Shown: piece after piece, positions 25,991-36,132 of the stretch
Position numbering within the stretch: position 1 is the first letter of the stretch
Layout of the letters: the number at the start of each line of letters is the position of its first letter
Assembly: GCA_900541645.1 (NCBI GenBank)
Contig: UQKQ01000001.1
Coordinates: forward strand, 113,741-177,740
From: an uncultured Collinsella sp.
GTDB lineage: Bacteria; Actinomycetota; Coriobacteriia; Coriobacteriales; Coriobacteriaceae
Length of the DNA stretch: 64,000 nucleotides
Direction: 5' to 3'
Notes under the pieces: generated by a model
Seen by the model: only the letters and a program-made list of their open reading frames with translations
Told to the model about the DNA's origin: nothing
The model's database searches: none
Program-made: the position numbers and the translations under genes

Positions 25991-26971
25991 CTACTCATCG
26001 TCTCCGTCGTTGGGGTCGCCTTTGAGGGTGTTGATGTCCAGGTGCTGGTTGTCGTCCTCTTTTTGCTGGGTCTCCGACTCCGCTTGGGTGGGGCCGCGGA
26101 ACAGCTGGAATCCCTCAAACGCAATGACGCCGAGCAGGGCAATGACAATGGCGATAAAGGCAACCTTGACTGCCTGCGGAAATTCCGAGAAACGCAGCGC
26201 CTTTTCCTCGGCGTAATAATCGGCGAAGCGCTCTTCGCCCGTGCTTTTGGTATACGCCGGCGCGGACGCGGCCTCCGGGTCATATTCCGGTGCAGGTGTG
26301 GCAGTGTACGGATCGTTGAGATAATCGCTCGATGCGGTGCCATAATCCTCGGTCTCGATGCGACCGGTGCCAGCATAGCTATCGGAATAATCGGAATATG
26401 CCGCACCGCCCTCATAATCCGCGGCGCTCGTGTTGGCGGCAAAAAGCGGGTTAACTGGAACGTCGAGCGCCGGCATGCCGGTAGAGGTCTCATCCAGATC
26501 GGCTGCAGCCCAGAAATCGTAGGCAACCTGATGGGCAACGGGCTCATCGAGCCTTGTGACCGGAGGCTTGCGTGCCGCAGGAACAGGCAACTGCTGGGCG
26601 CTGTACATAACGGTGCTGTCGGCCGATTTGCCCTGCGTCGCCGCAGCGAGAAATGCCGCCGTCTCGGACGGGTCGCTTGCGGGGCGGGGAGTGGGCGTGG
26701 GCGCCGAAGTGGGCGCAGACGCGGGCGTCGAAACAGGCGGCTGCGCAGGAGTCGGCGCAGATGCGGGCTTAGGCGCAAGTGCGGGATTGGGGCTTGACGG
26801 GCGAGCCCCACCGCCCATGAGTTCGTCGGCGGTCCACGGGCGATCATCCATCACGTCGTCAAGGCTCAGCGAAAACAGGTCGTCTTCACCCTCATCGAAC
26901 ATGCGGTGCACATGTCCACCAATTGCCGGAATCAATCCGCGACCGGTGCATGATGCCTTGCTCAACGCCAT
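25991..26971 (-). CDS. Pro/Ala/Thr-rich low-complexity protein with a single C-terminal TM helix (tail-anchored), hypothetical
   Basis: ATG with GAAAGGGTGG upstream. Repeats of APTPAQPPVSTPASAPTSAPTPTP. TM segment VKVAFIAIVIALLGVIAF near the C-terminus. Same strand as the YheO-like regulator, downstream of it. Confidence 0.55.
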   Translation of the reverse strand: MALSKASCTGRGLIPAIGGHVHRMFDEGEDDLFSLSLDDVMDDRPWTADELMGGGARPSSPNPALAPKPASAPTPAQPPVSTPASAPTSAPTPTPRPASDPSETAAFLAAATQGKSADSTVMYSAQQLPVPAARKPPVTRLDEPVAHQVAYDFWAAADLDETSTGMPALDVPVNPLFAANTSAADYEGGAAYSDYSDSYAGTGRIETEDYGTASSDYLNDPYTATPAPEYDPEAASAPAYTKSTGEERFADYYAEEKALRFSEFPQAVKVAFIAIVIALLGVIAFEGFQLFRGPTQAESETQQKEDDNQHLDINTLKGDPNDGDDE

Positions 26972-27094
26972 TCTGTTCCACCCTTTCGAAATACTAATGA
27001 CATCGATTATATGGAACTTCCCAAGCGGCTCGGTCTTGGATTCGAGCTTTCCAGAACTCGCGCCCAAAAGGGGAGGGGCAATCTAGGCGAGTGC

Positions 27095-27748
27095 CTACTT
27101 GTCGTCGGCCGCCGCCTTGGCCTCATTGAGGTAGCTATAGAAGCTGTACTTGGAGATGCCAAAGAACTCGCAGGCGCGCTCGCTCGACTTGGAAATGAGG
27201 AAGGCGCCGCGACGGTCGAGGTAGCCAATGGCGCGAATGCGCTCATCTTTGGTCATGAGCGCCGCGGGCTTGCCCACAAACTGCTCGCACTCGTGCAGCA
27301 GGTCCTCGAGCAGGTCGCCGATGTTCTTGGTAATGGGCTCGGGCTCGGTATAGCCCGTGCCGCCGGTGCCGGTAAAGGCATCGAGCGAGCGCTCAAAAGC
27401 CTTCATGAGCGTAATGTCAAAGTTGATGCCTAAAATGCCGACGGGCTTGCCCTCGTCGTTGCGGATAAAGATCGTCGACGATTTGAGCAGCTTACCGTCG
27501 GTGGTTTTAGTGAGGTACGGCTCGCGGTCGTGTACATCGGTGGCGCCCTCGTGCATGGACTCAAACACGATATGGCTGGGGCCGTCACCCAGTTTGCGCC
27601 CGCTGACGTGGCCGTTTTCGATCACTACGATGGAGTGGTCTACGTCCTCGGTCTCCAGATCGTGGACGACGACTTCGCAGTTGGGGCCAAATTGGAGCGC
27701 CAGGCCGTGTGCGAGGCGCTTGTAAAACTCAATCTGTGCGGGTGTCAT
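27095..27748 (-). CDS. YheO-like PAS-domain transcriptional regulator (second paralog)
   Basis: 217 aa. RBS AGGAAGG. Blocks homologous to 10517–11173 (VVHDLETEDVDHSIVVIENGHVSGRK; C-terminal HTH). Divergent from dpaL. Confidence 0.75.
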   Translation of the reverse strand: MTPAQIEFYKRLAHGLALQFGPNCEVVVHDLETEDVDHSIVVIENGHVSGRKLGDGPSHIVFESMHEGATDVHDREPYLTKTTDGKLLKSSTIFIRNDEGKPVGILGINFDITLMKAFERSLDAFTGTGGTGYTEPEPITKNIGDLLEDLLHECEQFVGKPAALMTKDERIRAIGYLDRRGAFLISKSSERACEFFGISKYSFYSYLNEAKAAADDK

Positions 27749-28025
27749 GTGTACCTTCCTAAAAATTAGTTTGGGCTCACTGTGCCATAAACCACACCTG
27801 TTCGCAAATAACGAAAGCGTCGCTGCGTTGTGTGACCGTTCGGCGGCGAAAAGGTACCGATTACGGCAACAAACAATTTGTTAGGTTTGCCAATCAAAAA
27901 GTGTGATAGAACAGTGCTAACAAACTTTTTGTTTGGCATCCACATAAAAGTTCAGTCGCATGAATGGGAATGGGCTGAAACGCGTATGCGGGGGCCGGCA
28001 AGAGAGAACTTAAGGAGTTCACCGT

Positions 28026-29240
28026 ATGGCCGATAAGATCCAGTGGGCGGGCAACACGATGCCCAAGAGCGATGACAAGCACTTGGGAATCATGAGCCTC
28101 GACCACGTGAAGAAGGCCCGCGCCTTCCACCAGTCGTTCCCCCAATATACCGTCACTCCGCTTGCCCGCCTGGATGGTCAGGCTGCGCGCCTGGGCCTTT
28201 CCAACCTGTGCGTTAAGGACGAGAGCTATCGCTTTGGCCTCAACGCCTTTAAGGTCCTGGGCGGTTCGTTTGCCATGGCCAACTACATTGCCGACGAGAC
28301 CGGCAAGGACGTTGCCGACTGCACCTTCGATTACCTGACCTCCGATCAGCTGGCCGAGGACTTTGGCCAGGCCACCTTCTTTACCGCCACCGACGGCAAC
28401 CATGGCCGCGGCGTGGCATGGGCTGCCAACAAGCTGGGCCAGAAGGCCGTCGTGCACATGCCCAAGGGTTCCACCAAGCCCCGCTTCGATAACATTGCCG
28501 CCGAGGGCGCCACGGTGACCATCGAAGAGGTCAACTACGACGAGTGCGTGCGCATGGCCGCCGCCGAGGCCGACGCCTGCGAGCGCGGCGTCATCGTTCA
28601 GGACACCGCCTGGGAGGGCTACGAGAAGATCCCGTCCTGGATCATGGAGGGTTACGGCACCATGGCCTCCGAGGCTGCCGAGCAGCTGCGTGAGATGGCC
28701 ATCAACCGCCCGACGCACGTGTTTGTCCAGGCTGGCGTGGGCTCGCTGGCTGGCGCCGTGGTGGGCTACTTCACCAACCTGTATCCCGATAACCCGCCCA
28801 CCTTCGTCGTGGTTGAGTGCGCGCCTGCCGCCTGTCTGTACAAGGGCGCTGCCGCCGGCGACGGCGACCCGCGCATCGTGGACGGCGACATGCCCTCCAT
28901 CATGGCCGGCCTGTGCTGCGGCGAGCCCAACATTCTGGGCTGGGATATCCTGCGCAACCACACCACCGCCTTCGTGTCCTGCCCCGACTGGGTCACCGCT
29001 CGCGGCATGCGCACCCTGGGCGCTCCCGAGAAGGGCGACCCGCGCGTCATCTCCGGCGAGTCCGGCGCTGTGACCACCGGCCTAGTCGAGACCCTCATGC
29101 TCGATCCCGAGTACGCCGAGCTCAAGGAACTCATCGGCCTGGACAAGACGAGCTCCGTGCTCTGCTTCTCCACCGAGGGCGACACCGATCCGGATCAGTA
29201 CCGTCGCATCGTCTGGGAGGGCGAGTACCCGACTTGCTAG
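28026..29240 (+). CDS. dpaL: Diaminopropionate ammonia-lyase (PLP-dependent), YgeX/DpaL
   Basis: Extensive block identity with E. coli YgeX (VKDESYRFGLNAFKVLGG, TDGNHGRGVAWAA, VQDTAWEGYEKIPSWIMEGY, MAGLCCGEPN, ISGESGAV, STEGDTD). Confidence 0.85.
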   Translation: MADKIQWAGNTMPKSDDKHLGIMSLDHVKKARAFHQSFPQYTVTPLARLDGQAARLGLSNLCVKDESYRFGLNAFKVLGGSFAMANYIADETGKDVADCTFDYLTSDQLAEDFGQATFFTATDGNHGRGVAWAANKLGQKAVVHMPKGSTKPRFDNIAAEGATVTIEEVNYDECVRMAAAEADACERGVIVQDTAWEGYEKIPSWIMEGYGTMASEAAEQLREMAINRPTHVFVQAGVGSLAGAVVGYFTNLYPDNPPTFVVVECAPAACLYKGAAAGDGDPRIVDGDMPSIMAGLCCGEPNILGWDILRNHTTAFVSCPDWVTARGMRTLGAPEKGDPRVISGESGAVTTGLVETLMLDPEYAELKELIGLDKTSSVLCFSTEGDTDPDQYRRIVWEGEYPTC

Positions 29241-29477
29241 CAGACTGACCTGTCCGGAGGCAGCCGGAGGACTTTACTCCCTGCTCGGACAGTCCTGCTC
29301 GCACGGAGAGCACATTAAGTGCTCTCCGGCTCGTGCGGAACTCGCGACGGAGCAAAGTCTTCCGTCCGCCTCCTATGGTTACTTGCTTGTGGGGTGCTCA
29401 ACCTCACGCTGCTTGGCACAAGTGATCTATCTGAAATATCTACCTGTAGGTAAACCCTTGTAGAAAGGTTGACTGTT

Positions 29478-30863
29478 ATGACTAAAGAACTCGATTTTGA
29501 TGCCATTAAGGCTGCTGCGGAGTCCCATCGTGCTGATATGACTCGCTTCCTGCGCGCCATGATCTCTCACCCCTCTGAGTCCTGCGAGGAGGGTGAGGTT
29601 GTCGCCTGCATCAAGGCCGAGATGGAGAGCCTTGGCTATGACGAGGTCAAGGTCGACGGCCTGGGCAACGTCATGGGCTTTATGGGCGAGGGCGACAAGA
29701 TCATCGCCATCGACTCCCACATCGACACCGTCGGCATCGGCAACATCGAGAACTGGGATGCCGATCCCTATGAGGGCTACGAGACCGACGAGATCATCTA
29801 CGGCCGCGGCGGCTCCGACCAGGAGGGTGGCATGGCTTCTGCTACCTACGCTGCCAAGATGATGAAGGACATGGGCCTCATCCCCGAGGGCTACAAGATC
29901 ATGGTCGTCGGCACCGTCCAGGAAGAGGACTGCGACGGCATGTGCTGGCAGTACATCTACAACAAGGACGGCATTAAGCCCGAGTTCGTCATTTCCACTG
30001 AGCCCACCGACGGCGGCATCTATCGCGGTCACCGCGGCCGCATGGAGATCCGCGTCGACGTTCACGGCACCTCCTGCCACGGTTCCGCTCCCGACCGCGG
30101 CGACAACGCCATCTACAAGATGGCCGACATCATCGCCGACGTCCGCGCCCTCAACAACAACGGCTGCGACGAGTCGACCGACATCAAGGGCCTCGTCAAG
30201 ATGCTCGACCCCAAGTACAACCCCGAGCACTTTGAGGACGCCCGCTTCCTGGGCCGCGGCACCTGCACCGTCAGCCAGATCTTCTACACCAGCCCCAGCC
30301 GCTGCGCTGTCGCTGACTCCTGCGCCATCTCCATCGACCGTCGCATGACCGCCGGCGAGACCTGGGAGTCCTGCCTGGACGAGATCCGCAACCTGCCGGC
30401 CGCCAAGAAGTACGGCGACGACGTGAAGGTCTCCATGTACATGTACGACCGTCCGTCCTGGACCGGCGAGGTCTACGAGACCGAGGCTTACTTCCCCACG
30501 TGGATCAACAAGGAGACCGCTCCGCACGTCAAGGCCCTCGTCGACGCCCACAAGGCCATGTTCGGTGACGAGCGCATCGGCTGCGAGCCCAGCATGGACA
30601 AGCGCACCGGTCGTCCGCTGTGCGACAAGTGGACCTTCTCCACGAACTGCGTTTCCATCCAGGGCCGCTATGGCATCCCCTGCGTTGGCTTTGGCCCGGG
30701 TGCCGAGTCTCAGGCTCACGCTCCCAACGAGGTCACCTACAAGGACGACCTGGTCACCGCTGCCGCCATGTATGTTGCTGCTTTGAACCTCTACGATCCG
30801 AGCCAGGCCGATGGCGACGCTACCGTGTTCCGCGCTGGTCTGACCAACAACAAGATCGACTAG
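29478..30863 (+). CDS. ygeY: YgeY-family M20 peptidase (putative selenium-metabolism hydrolase)
   Basis: Matches E. coli YgeY blocks (ADMTRFLR.M…[70 protein letters not shown]). Confidence 0.85.
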   Translation: MTKELDFDAIKAAAESHRADMTRFLRAMISHPSESCEEGEVVACIKAEMESLGYDEVKVDGLGNVMGFMGEGDKIIAIDSHIDTVGIGNIENWDADPYEGYETDEIIYGRGGSDQEGGMASATYAAKMMKDMGLIPEGYKIMVVGTVQEEDCDGMCWQYIYNKDGIKPEFVISTEPTDGGIYRGHRGRMEIRVDVHGTSCHGSAPDRGDNAIYKMADIIADVRALNNNGCDESTDIKGLVKMLDPKYNPEHFEDARFLGRGTCTVSQIFYTSPSRCAVADSCAISIDRRMTAGETWESCLDEIRNLPAAKKYGDDVKVSMYMYDRPSWTGEVYETEAYFPTWINKETAPHVKALVDAHKAMFGDERIGCEPSMDKRTGRPLCDKWTFSTNCVSIQGRYGIPCVGFGPGAESQAHAPNEVTYKDDLVTAAAMYVAALNLYDPSQADGDATVFRAGLTNNKID

Positions 30864-31065
30864 TCCCATTCCTTGATCTTGTTGAGCCGGGGACAGCCTG
30901 TGTCCCCGGCACCCCCTGTTGACTTGGGGCCCGCGGTCGTTATCTCCCATGCTTCCTCAACGGTAGCGGGTCCTCGTCATAGCGCTCTGCATGTTCTAGC
31001 CACACGCGCATGCCGGAGCACATCTACTCATTGCGATCGTTTCATCTATGGAAAGGATATTTACA

Positions 31066-32267
31066 TGGACGCCAAGTTTACCGAGCTCGTCGAGCAGCTG
31101 AACGGCCTCGATTTTAAGGGCATGTACGGCAGCGACTTCCTGCACACCTGGGATAAGACCACCGATGAGCTCAAGGCTCTCTACATCGTTGCCGACGCCC
31201 TGCGCGAGCTGCGCGAGAACAACGTTTCGTCCAAGATCTTCGATTCGGGCCTGGCCGTCTCTCTGTTCCGCGACAACTCCACCCGTACGCGCTTCTCCTT
31301 CTCTAAGGCCGCCAACCTGCTCGGCCTCGAGCTGCAGGACCTGGACGAGAAGAAGTCCCAGATCGCTCACGGCGAGACCGTCCGCGAGACCGCTACCATG
31401 ATCTCCTTCATGGCCGACGTCATCGGCATCCGCGACGACATGTACATCGGCAAGGGCGACGCCTACATGGCCGAGGTCTCCGAGTCTGTCCAGCAGGCCT
31501 ACGAGGACGGCGTTCTGGATCACCGTCCCACGCTCATCTCCCTGCAGTCCGACTCCGATCACCCCACGCAGTCCTCTGCCGACATGCTCTACCTCATCAA
31601 CGAGTTTGGCGGTCTTGAGAACCTCAAGGGCAAGAAGGTTGCCGTCACCTGGGCCTATTCGCCCTCTTACGGCAAGCCGCTGTCCTGCCCGCAGTCGCTG
31701 ATCAGCCTGCTGCCCCGCTTTGGCATGGACGTCACCCTGGCCCACCCCGAGGGCTACGACCTCATGCCCGAGGTCGTCGAGCGCGCCAAGGGCTATGCCG
31801 CCGAGTCCGGCACCACCTTTAAGCAGGTCAACACCATGGCCGAGGCCTTCGAGGGCGCCGACATCGTGATCCCCAAGAGCTGGGCTCCGTTTGCCGCCAT
31901 GGAGAAGCGTACCAACCTGTACGCCGAGGGCGACGACGCCGGCATCGCAGCGCTCGAGAAGGAGCTGCTCGCTCAGAACGCCACCCATCAGGACTGGTGC
32001 TCCACGACCGAGCTCATGGAGAAGACCGCCAACGGCCAGGACACCATCTTTATGCACCCGCTGCCCGCCGACATCTCCGGTGTCTCCTGCGAGCACGGCG
32101 AGGTCAACGCCGACGTCTTTGACATGCACCGCGTGGGCATGTACAAGGAGGCCAGCTACAAGCCGTACGCCATCGCAGCCATGATGTTCCTGCAGAAGGT
32201 TGCCGATCCCGCCGCTACCCTCAAGGCCCTCGACGAGCGCAACACCGCCCGTTGGTTCCAGGCCTAA
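31066..32267 (+). CDS. ygeW: YgeW-family knotted carbamoyltransferase
   Basis: Matches E. coli YgeW blocks (KIFDSGLAVSLFRDNSTRTRFS, DEKKSQIAHGETVRETATMISF, WAYSPSYGKPLS, TLAHPEGYDL, HPLPADISGVSCEHGEV). RBS GAAAGGA. Confidence 0.85.
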
Positions 32268-32417
32268 AGCCGCGCTGAGGTAAGCCATGTAAAGGGGGCG
32301 CTCTGCCAACCGGCGGGGTGCCCCTTTTTGCATCGTGGGCGTGCGGGATAAGCGCTTTCGATGTAGATGCCCCGCGACGCGAGTTATGGGTACGATGGTT
32401 TCAGGGGAGGTATCGCC

Positions 32418-33032
32418 ATGAAACTCGGTTGCGTCATTATGGCTTCGGGCGAGGGCAAGCGGTTTGGCTCTAACAAGATGCTTGCCGATATCTATGGCAA
32501 GCCGCTGATTGCCCGGACTATCGATTCGGTTCCCCGGGGCTTTGACGTCGTGGTTTCGACGCGTTGGCCCGAGGTCGCCCAGATTTGCGAGGACAAGCAT
32601 TGCCCGTGCGTGCTGCACGATGGCAAGCTCAGGAGCGAAAGCGTCCGTGCGGGCCTTTCGTGGGGGGCGAGCCGCGGCTGGAAGGGTTGCCTCTTTTTGC
32701 CGGGCGACCAGCCGCTCGTGAGTTCGGATTCTTTTGAGGCCATGGTTCGCGCGTTTGATGAGCGTGGCCGCAAGTATCCGGTGCGTCTTGCGTGCAACGG
32801 TGAGCCTTCGAGCCCGGTGCTCTTTCCGGCGGAACTGTTCGATGCACTTATGTGTCTTGAGGGTAAGGACGGCGGCGGTTCGATCCTCAAGGACCGTACC
32901 GACGTGGTGCTGGTCGAGGCGCGTGCCTACGAGCTGTGGGACGTCGATACCGTCAAGGGACAGCGACGCATAACGGAGCATATCGCCGCCTGCTCGTATT
33001 TTGATCGCGTGGCCAACTGCATCAATCAATAA
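32418..33032 (+). CDS. MobA-like NTP transferase (molybdenum cofactor cytidylyl/guanylyltransferase, YgfJ/MocA-like)
   Basis: GGAGG RBS. N-terminal nucleotide-binding block LGCVIMASGEGKRFG…K.L and MobA-like fold. Confidence 0.7.
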   Translation: MKLGCVIMASGEGKRFGSNKMLADIYGKPLIARTIDSVPRGFDVVVSTRWPEVAQICEDKHCPCVLHDGKLRSESVRAGLSWGASRGWKGCLFLPGDQPLVSSDSFEAMVRAFDERGRKYPVRLACNGEPSSPVLFPAELFDALMCLEGKDGGGSILKDRTDVVLVEARAYELWDVDTVKGQRRITEHIAACSYFDRVANCINQ

Positions 33033-33041
33033 GGAGCAATT

Positions 33042-34409
33042 ATGATCATCATCAAAAACGGCGCACTCGTGACGCCACAGGGGCTTCGTCGCGCCGATCT
33101 TGCCATGGAGGGTGACAAGATTGTGCGGATTGCCGCGGCAATCGAGCCGGGCGAGGGCGATACCGTCCAGGACGCCACCGACTGCTGGGTGTTTCCCGGC
33201 TTTATCGACGGCCACACGCACATGCAGTGCTGGACCGGTATGGACTGGACGGCCGATAGCTTTGAGACGGGCACGCGCGCGGCGGCGTGCGGCGGCACCA
33301 CCACGATCGTGGACTATGCCACGGCCGACCGCGGCGTGACCATGCCCGATGCCCTGGCCGAGTGGCATCATCGCGCCGACGGCACCTGCACCGCCAACTA
33401 TGCCTTCCATATGGCGCTTGCCGAGTGGAATGAGCGCAACCGCGCCGATCTTTCGGCCATGCGCGAGGCGGGCGTGTCGTCGTTTAAGACCTACTTTGCC
33501 TACGACCATCTGCGCCTGGACGATGCCGAGACGCTCGAGGTGCTGGAGGAGCTCAAGCGCGTGGGCGGTATCCTGTGCGTGCATTGCGAGAACGGTACGC
33601 TGGTGAATGAGCTGCAGAAGCGCGTGTTTGAGCAGGGTATCCACGGGCCCGAGGGCCATGCGCTCAGCCGTCCGGATGTGTGCGAGGCCGAGGCAGTGAG
33701 CCGTCTGCTATATCTGGCGCACTTGGCCGGGGATGCTCCGGTCAACGTGGTGCACCTTTCGACCAAGCTGGGGCTCGAGGCCATTCGCGCTGCCAAGGCG
33801 CGCGGGCAGAAGAACATCTATGTCGAGACCTGCCCTCAGTATCTGATGCTCGACGATACCTGCTATCTGGAGCAGGGCGAGGACGGCTTTGCGGGCGCCA
33901 AGTATGTGATGAGCCCGCCGCTGCGCCATGCGGGTGACCGTGCGGCACTGCGCGAGGCGCTTGTGGCCGGCGAGATCGATACGATTGCGACCGACCACTG
34001 CAGCTTTAACCTGCACGGGCAAAAGGACCGCGGGCGCGATGACTTCCGCGCGATTCCCAACGGCGGGCCCGGTGTGGAGCATCGCCCCGTCGCGATCGCT
34101 ACGAGTTTTGAGGGACAGCTGGGCCCCGAGGATCTGTGCCGCTTGATGAGCGAGAACCCGGCGCGCGTCTTTGGCATGTATCCGCGCAAGGGCTGTCTTG
34201 CCGAGGGCTCCGATGCCGACGTGTGCGTGTGGGATCCCAAGGCGCGCTGGACGATTAGCGCCGCGACGCAGCATCAGGCTGTGGACTATACGCCGCTCGA
34301 GGGCTTTGAGGCGCACGGCCGCGCCAAGGCCGTGTTTGTGAACGGCGTGCTGGCTGCGCGCGACGGCGAGCCCACCGGAGCCCAACCCGGCCGCTACGTG
34401 CCCCGCTAA
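33042..34409 (+). CDS. Cyclic amidohydrolase: D-hydantoinase/dihydropyrimidinase family (HyuA-like)
   Basis: 455 aa. Metal-binding block GFIDGHTHM near the N-terminus, carboxylated-Lys region (SFKTYFAY), and a C-terminal DxD…WDP block. Confidence 0.8.
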   Translation: MIIIKNGALVTPQGLRRADLAMEGDKIVRIAAAIEPGEGDTVQDATDCWVFPGFIDGHTHMQCWTGMDWTADSFETGTRAAACGGTTTIVDYATADRGVTMPDALAEWHHRADGTCTANYAFHMALAEWNERNRADLSAMREAGVSSFKTYFAYDHLRLDDAETLEVLEELKRVGGILCVHCENGTLVNELQKRVFEQGIHGPEGHALSRPDVCEAEAVSRLLYLAHLAGDAPVNVVHLSTKLGLEAIRAAKARGQKNIYVETCPQYLMLDDTCYLEQGEDGFAGAKYVMSPPLRHAGDRAALREALVAGEIDTIATDHCSFNLHGQKDRGRDDFRAIPNGGPGVEHRPVAIATSFEGQLGPEDLCRLMSENPARVFGMYPRKGCLAEGSDADVCVWDPKARWTISAATQHQAVDYTPLEGFEAHGRAKAVFVNGVLAARDGEPTGAQPGRYVPR

Positions 34410-34488
34410 CGGGAAGACCGCCGGGGTAGCTAATTTGGGAGATGTTTTTTTGGGACGGGGCAGCAAAAAGAGCCCCGTCCCAAATTTG

Positions 34489-35226
34489 CTACCCCTGGAG
34501 GCTGGTGGCGATGAGGGGGCGGCCGAGGGCTGCCTCGAAGCAATCTGCCATCGTTGGATCGGCAAGCGTGTCGACTTGGTTGAGCATAATGCGGGCATTG
34601 CTGAGGTTCAGCATCTGCAGCTCGGCATTGAGCGCCATAGCGACGCGCTCTGGGGTGGCGGTGTCGGTGGGCTCGCAGCCGCAGCGCTCGCAGAAGACCT
34701 CGGGGCGGTGGACAACCTCGGCGACGGGCTTGCCCAGCCCCGAGGCGCCGACGACCCAGACAACGTTTGCCGTGCCGGCGGGAACGACCGGCTCCCAGGC
34801 GGCGTGGGCCTTGAGCGGGAGCCGCTTGCTGCCGTCCGCCTCGGCCAGGACGTAGTCAAAGCACTGTGCCAGCTCGCCGAGCGGCTCGGCGGGGGCGGAG
34901 AGCTTGCCCGTCTGGGGGTTCAAGACGCCTGCCTGGCAGATGCTTCCGCGCGCAAGGCCCGCGCAGGCCTCGCAAGTGCAACCGGGGACATGTGCGGCGC
35001 CCGGCTTCCAAGGCGCGGCGTCCAGACGACGGCTCGACCCGTCCCATGGCACGCCGGCGACGGGAAACATGTGCGTGGTGGTACAGAGGAGCACGCGGCC
35101 GCCAGCGCGCATGAGCTCGAGCCCCAGCGTCTTCAGCAACGTCGACTTGCCGCCACTGCCGATAATCGCGGTAATGCCCGGCTCGATCCTGAGCGCCGAG
35201 GCAAGATTGCCGCCAACCGTTTCCAT
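34489..35226 (-). CDS. yqeC: YqeC-family selenium-dependent hydroxylase accessory protein (P-loop)
   Basis: 245 aa with an N-terminal P-loop (IIGSGGKSTLL) and the YqeC size/pattern. The only minus-strand gene in the block, as in E. coli-type clusters. Confidence 0.7.
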   Translation of the reverse strand: METVGGNLASALRIEPGITAIIGSGGKSTLLKTLGLELMRAGGRVLLCTTTHMFPVAGVPWDGSSRRLDAAPWKPGAAHVPGCTCEACAGLARGSICQAGVLNPQTGKLSAPAEPLGELAQCFDYVLAEADGSKRLPLKAHAAWEPVVPAGTANVVWVVGASGLGKPVAEVVHRPEVFCERCGCEPTDTATPERVAMALNAELQMLNLSNARIMLNQVDTLADPTMADCFEAALGRPLIATSLQG

Positions 35227-35328
35227 CTGTTCACCGCCGTATAATACTGTGATAATAAATAATCATCAGAGTAGCGGTCGAACCGCTTTTGCTCTGCTCA
35301 AACCGTAGCACAGGGAGGTGCCCCGGGA

Positions 35329-36123
35329 ATGCTCGTTTATGTTCGCGGCGCCGGCGATATCGCCACGGGCGTCGCCGCTCGCTTGGTGCGCTCCGGCGTG
35401 TCGGTCGTTATGGCCGATATCGCGGTTCCCACGTGCATCCGCCGCACAATCAGTTTTTGCGAGGCCATTCGCCTGGGCGAGGTCCAGGTCGAGGGCATTC
35501 GCGCTCGCTTGGCACAGACGCCGGCTGAGGCGCTCGAGATTACCCAAGCGGGAGACGTCGCCGTTGTGGTGGACCCTCAGGCCAAGATGCTCGGCGAGCT
35601 GAAACCCGCTGCCGTGGTCGACGCGATTCTGGCCAAGCGCAACTTGGGCACCACGCGCGACATGGCGCCTGCCGTCATCGCTGTGGGGCCGGGCTTTACC
35701 GCGCCGGTTGACTGCGACGCCGTGGTCGAGACCATGCGCGGGCATTTTCTCGGCCGTGTCATTACCCAAGGTTCGCCCCAGCCCAACACGGGCGTGCCGG
35801 GCATTATCGCCGGCTATGGCAAGGAACGTGTTATCCACAGCCCCGCCGCCGGCGTGTTTCGGTCCGACCGCGCAATCGGCGACATCGTGAGCGCCGGAGA
35901 CGTGATTGGCTACGCGGGTGATACGCCCATGTGCACGCAGATCGATGGCTGTCTGCGCGGGCTTTTGGCGAACGGCGTGCAGGTGACTGAGGGCTTTAAA
36001 TGCGCCGATGTCGATCCGCGCGGCGACGCCAGCTACATCAACTATATTTCGGACAAGGCGACATCGGTCGGCGGCGGCGTGCTCGAGGCACTCGCTATGC
36101 TCACCGATGTCTTTAGAGGATAG
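35329..36123 (+). CDS. yqeB: YqeB-family (EF2563-like) selenium-dependent molybdenum hydroxylase maturation protein
   Basis: 264 aa. Family assignment from my recall of the short YqeB-family architecture; sits directly upstream of an XdhC-family ORF. Confidence 0.55.
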   Translation: MLVYVRGAGDIATGVAARLVRSGVSVVMADIAVPTCIRRTISFCEAIRLGEVQVEGIRARLAQTPAEALEITQAGDVAVVVDPQAKMLGELKPAAVVDAILAKRNLGTTRDMAPAVIAVGPGFTAPVDCDAVVETMRGHFLGRVITQGSPQPNTGVPGIIAGYGKERVIHSPAAGVFRSDRAIGDIVSAGDVIGYAGDTPMCTQIDGCLRGLLANGVQVTEGFKCADVDPRGDASYINYISDKATSVGGGVLEALAMLTDVFRG

Positions 36124-36132
36124 AAGGCGGCA

